Shown here: positions 61,643 to 64,000 of the stretch, piece by piece | How the letters are laid out: each line of letters starts with the position of its first letter | How positions within the stretch are numbered: position 1 is the first letter of the stretch | IMG/VR virus record: IMGVR_UViG_3300022841_000001 | Length of the DNA stretch: 64,000 bases | Direction: 5' to 3' (one strand) | From: an uncultured virus (IMG/VR IMGVR_UViG_3300022841_000001) | Taxonomy: Duplodnaviria > Heunggongvirae > Uroviricota > Caudoviricetes > Crassvirales | Made by a program: the position numbers and the translations under genes | The notes under the pieces: generated by a model | The model's input: the letters and a program-made list of their open reading frames with translations, nothing else | Databases searched by the model: none | What the model was told of the DNA's origin: nothing

Positions 61643-64000
61643 ATGAACGAAGAAGCTTTTGAATATGCTTACAGTCTTTTTACTCAAGATGGATATACAG
61701 GAACAATAGATGATTACAGGTCTTTAGTATCTAGCGATACTGATGCTGTATCTCATTCTTATGAGTTATTTAAAAAAGATAAATACTCAGGTTCAAGAGA
61801 GGATTTTGAGCAATTGTTAAAACCTGAAAAAAAAAATCAAGTCGACACCGTGGAGGAAACTTCAGATGGGGTGGAGGAAGTTACGGAATCGTTACAAAAA
61901 AATGGATCTTCGGATTCTTTAGGTCAAGAAGATAATGTACCTAAAATAAAAGTAGAGCAAGATGTAATTACTGATAGTTCTATAAATGGTATTGATGTAG
62001 AAAAACAAGACTTTGATAAATTTGTAAGTGATGAAGAGGAGATAAAGAAACAAACTGAAGACCCATTTTCTTATTCTATGAATATTGTAGATGAGGCTTT
62101 AATAAATGGTAGCGAGGAGAATGCTGTTCCTTTAATGAATTATCACTTTAATCAATATGGTTTTAAATTTAAAGAGTCAGATATACTTGGTGATGGTATG
62201 GTTGTTAGTTCAGCATCACTTGATGAGAATGGAAAAAGAAAAGAACTTAGAGTAAACCTTGACCCATTTTCTGGATTTGGAGACAAGGAAGAGAAGGAAG
62301 CATTACAGAATTTTTTAAACGAGAACAAAGAAAACAGCAGGAAACTTCAGTCTGCTGAGAAAGGATACGCTAATTTAGAAAGAAAAATTACTGACCAAAA
62401 AGGAATAGACTCCTCATTAAATTCACTTAATACCAAAGCAAATGTTTTTCGGCAAGAAGTGCAAGGATGGTTAAAAGGTAACGCTGAGTTAAAAAAAAGA
62501 ACAGAGTTTTTCGATGGATTATCTCAAGACGAAATAAATGACCCTAAAATAAGAGATGCTTTTAACTTATACATATCAGATACCAATAAGTCAGAAGCAT
62601 TAAAGAAAAAAATATTAGCTACTGAATCTGAATTAAGGGATTCGGGTAGAGCTTTAGACCAAACAATGGGGCGTTATTCTGAGATGAAATCTGCTTCAGG
62701 AAACATGTCATCAGCTTCTTTGAATGCTATATGGTCTGGAATTGGAAGGATGGGTTCAAGTGCAATGAATTATGTCACTGACTTTATTGTAAACACAGGA
62801 GAGTTTGGAGGCGCAAGTCCTATAGGTTACAAGAAATTGTATATGGATACAGCGAAGAAAATGTTTGCGACAAAGAAATCTGACGATATACACGACTTAG
62901 AAACTCCTAACGAAAACAACGAAACAAGTAAAGGTAAGTGGAATAGTTATCTTGAAAATTTAACTGACGAGCAAAAAGACAAAGTAAGCGCTAAGACTAA
63001 AGATATTTTAGCAAAGGATAGAAAGTTTGACATCTACGACTTTAATGAAGATGGAGGTGCTGATTTAAAAGAGATTCCATCAGGAAGTAGATACTCTGAT
63101 TACGCTAGAAAACAAAATGTAAAAAATCTTAGTAAGGACTCAATGGTAGAGCTTGCTAGAACGGCTCCTGTAAAATCATTTGGTGATGACGATGCCAGTG
63201 TAGAGTACAGCGACTTAGTGAAAGAAGGTTTTTGGGGAGGAGCGTACCTTGGATTAATGGAATCGTTACCAGCTATGGCAGGCCCTTCGGGAAAAGCAGG
63301 TTTAGTAATGAGGACAGCTTCTATGTTTGGTCAAGTTTCTGACCACGTAAACGAAGAGATGTTTAAGAATCCTGAATTTGCAGATATTTCTGAGAACGAA
63401 AAACTAACTGTTGCTATTCCTTTAGGTATAACTGTAGGTGTTCTTGAGACTATTGGTTTTAGGAATGTAGTGCAACAAAAAGGACTTATCAATAAGGTTT
63501 TATTAAAAGCTATAGGAAAGTATACTGGAGCAAAACAAGTGTCTAAGAGAGGGTTTACGGACGTTGTTCGTCAAGAGGTTGACGGAATGTTAGCTCGTGG
63601 TGTCCTTACCTTGGCTGCTGGTGGTGTTGCTGAATTTGAAACAGGTGCTGCACAAGAGATTGCGGATATTGGTATAAAAGCTATATACAATGGTGCTAAA
63701 GAGAAGGATATGTTTCAGACTCCTGAAAGTATCAAGGATGGAATAAACCAAGTTCTTAAAGCAGGTGCGCAAGAGATGGTTGGTGGCTGGATAATGAGTA
63801 CTCCTGGAGCAATGATAAACGCTGCTACTTCTAAGGATTTTACTCGTTTAGATAATGGTGTGTTCGAGGTTTTTGAGGATATGATAGATGATGGTACTTC
63901 TACCAAGTTGATAAACATAAAATTAAAAGAGCAAATAAACGCAGGTGTAATTACTGCCAGTGAAGCAAAAGAGCAAGAAGCTATTTTTAATAAGTTAAAA
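61643..64000 (+). CDS. N-terminal part of a giant virion/ejection protein (runs off the window; not in ORF track)
   Basis: ATG at 61643 (MNEEAFEYAYSLFTQDGY...); no stop found when read by hand, up to 786 codons to the window end. Confidence 0.85.
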   Translation, partial: MNEEAFEYAYSLFTQDGYTGTIDDYRSLVSSDTDAVSHSYELFKKDKYSGSREDFEQLLKPEKKNQVDTVEETSDGVEEVTESLQKNGSSDSLGQEDNVPKIKVEQDVITDSSINGIDVEKQDFDKFVSDEEEIKKQTEDPFSYSMNIVDEALINGSEENAVPLMNYHFNQYGFKFKESDILGDGMVVSSASLDENGKRKELRVNLDPFSGFGDKEEKEALQNFLNENKENSRKLQSAEKGYANLERKITDQKGIDSSLNSLNTKANVFRQEVQGWLKGNAELKKRTEFFDGLSQDEINDPKIRDAFNLYISDTNKSEALKKKILATESELRDSGRALDQTMGRYSEMKSASGNMSSASLNAIWSGIGRMGSSAMNYVTDFIVNTGEFGGASPIGYKKLYMDTAKKMFATKKSDDIHDLETPNENNETSKGKWNSYLENLTDEQKDKVSAKTKDILAKDRKFDIYDFNEDGGADLKEIPSGSRYSDYARKQNVKNLSKDSMVELARTAPVKSFGDDDASVEYSDLVKEGFWGGAYLGLMESLPAMAGPSGKAGLVMRTASMFGQVSDHVNEEMFKNPEFADISENEKLTVAIPLGITVGVLETIGFRNVVQQKGLINKVLLKAIGKYTGAKQVSKRGFTDVVRQEVDGMLARGVLTLAAGGVAEFETGAAQEIADIGIKAIYNGAKEKDMFQTPESIKDGINQVLKAGAQEMVGGWIMSTPGAMINAATSKDFTRLDNGVFEVFEDMIDDGTSTKLINIKLKEQINAGVITASEAKEQEAIFNKLK

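Noticed and set aside
63961..64000. Direct circular join of window end to window start
   Set aside because: The frames happen to match (a 1-in-3 chance), but the expected HExxH before AVLL is missing, so intervening sequence is more likely
1..64000. Alternative genetic code or stop-codon reassignment
   Set aside because: Long genes are intact under the standard code and coding density is high

Overview
The window is most of a lytic, short-tailed Bacteroidota (flavobacterial-type) dsDNA phage genome. It is AT-rich, uses TAnnTTTG host-type promoters and has no Shine-Dalgarno motifs. A divergent control region at about 23.0-24.4 kb separates two arms. The minus-strand arm carries small early genes, then Sak3-type recombinase, PD-(D/E)XK exonuclease, SSB, primase-helicase, SF2 helicase and VRR-NUC nuclease. 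The plus-strand arm carries GroEL/GroES, lysis genes, tail fibres, TerL, portal, scaffold, major capsid, tail ring/nozzle proteins and ejection proteins, and a giant virion protein is cut by each window edge. The most striking feature is a non-coding RNA layer on the early minus-strand transcript. It has a boxA-like motif and a ~500-nt structured leader, two type I hammerhead ribozymes (20274-20326, 21148-21200), and three ~40-nt anticodon-less mini-tRNA mimics (17308-17348, 19243-19283, 22459-22498) plus a related fourth element. These sit between genes roughly every 0.6-2 kb. Four of the genes directly behind these elements, plus one other early gene, share the start-region motif AACUACAAU. 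A short separately promoted, terminator-bounded transcript (about 16180 to 15936) carries the exact antisense of that motif in a hairpin. Together this suggests an RNA-only processing and shut-off circuit for early genes. Other candidates are a -1 frameshift at the start of the giant virion gene, duplicated origin-like elements, a strand-polarised TCACTG cluster and an RNAP alpha-CTD mimic. All protein calls come from motif recognition by eye; no database searches or folding programs were run.
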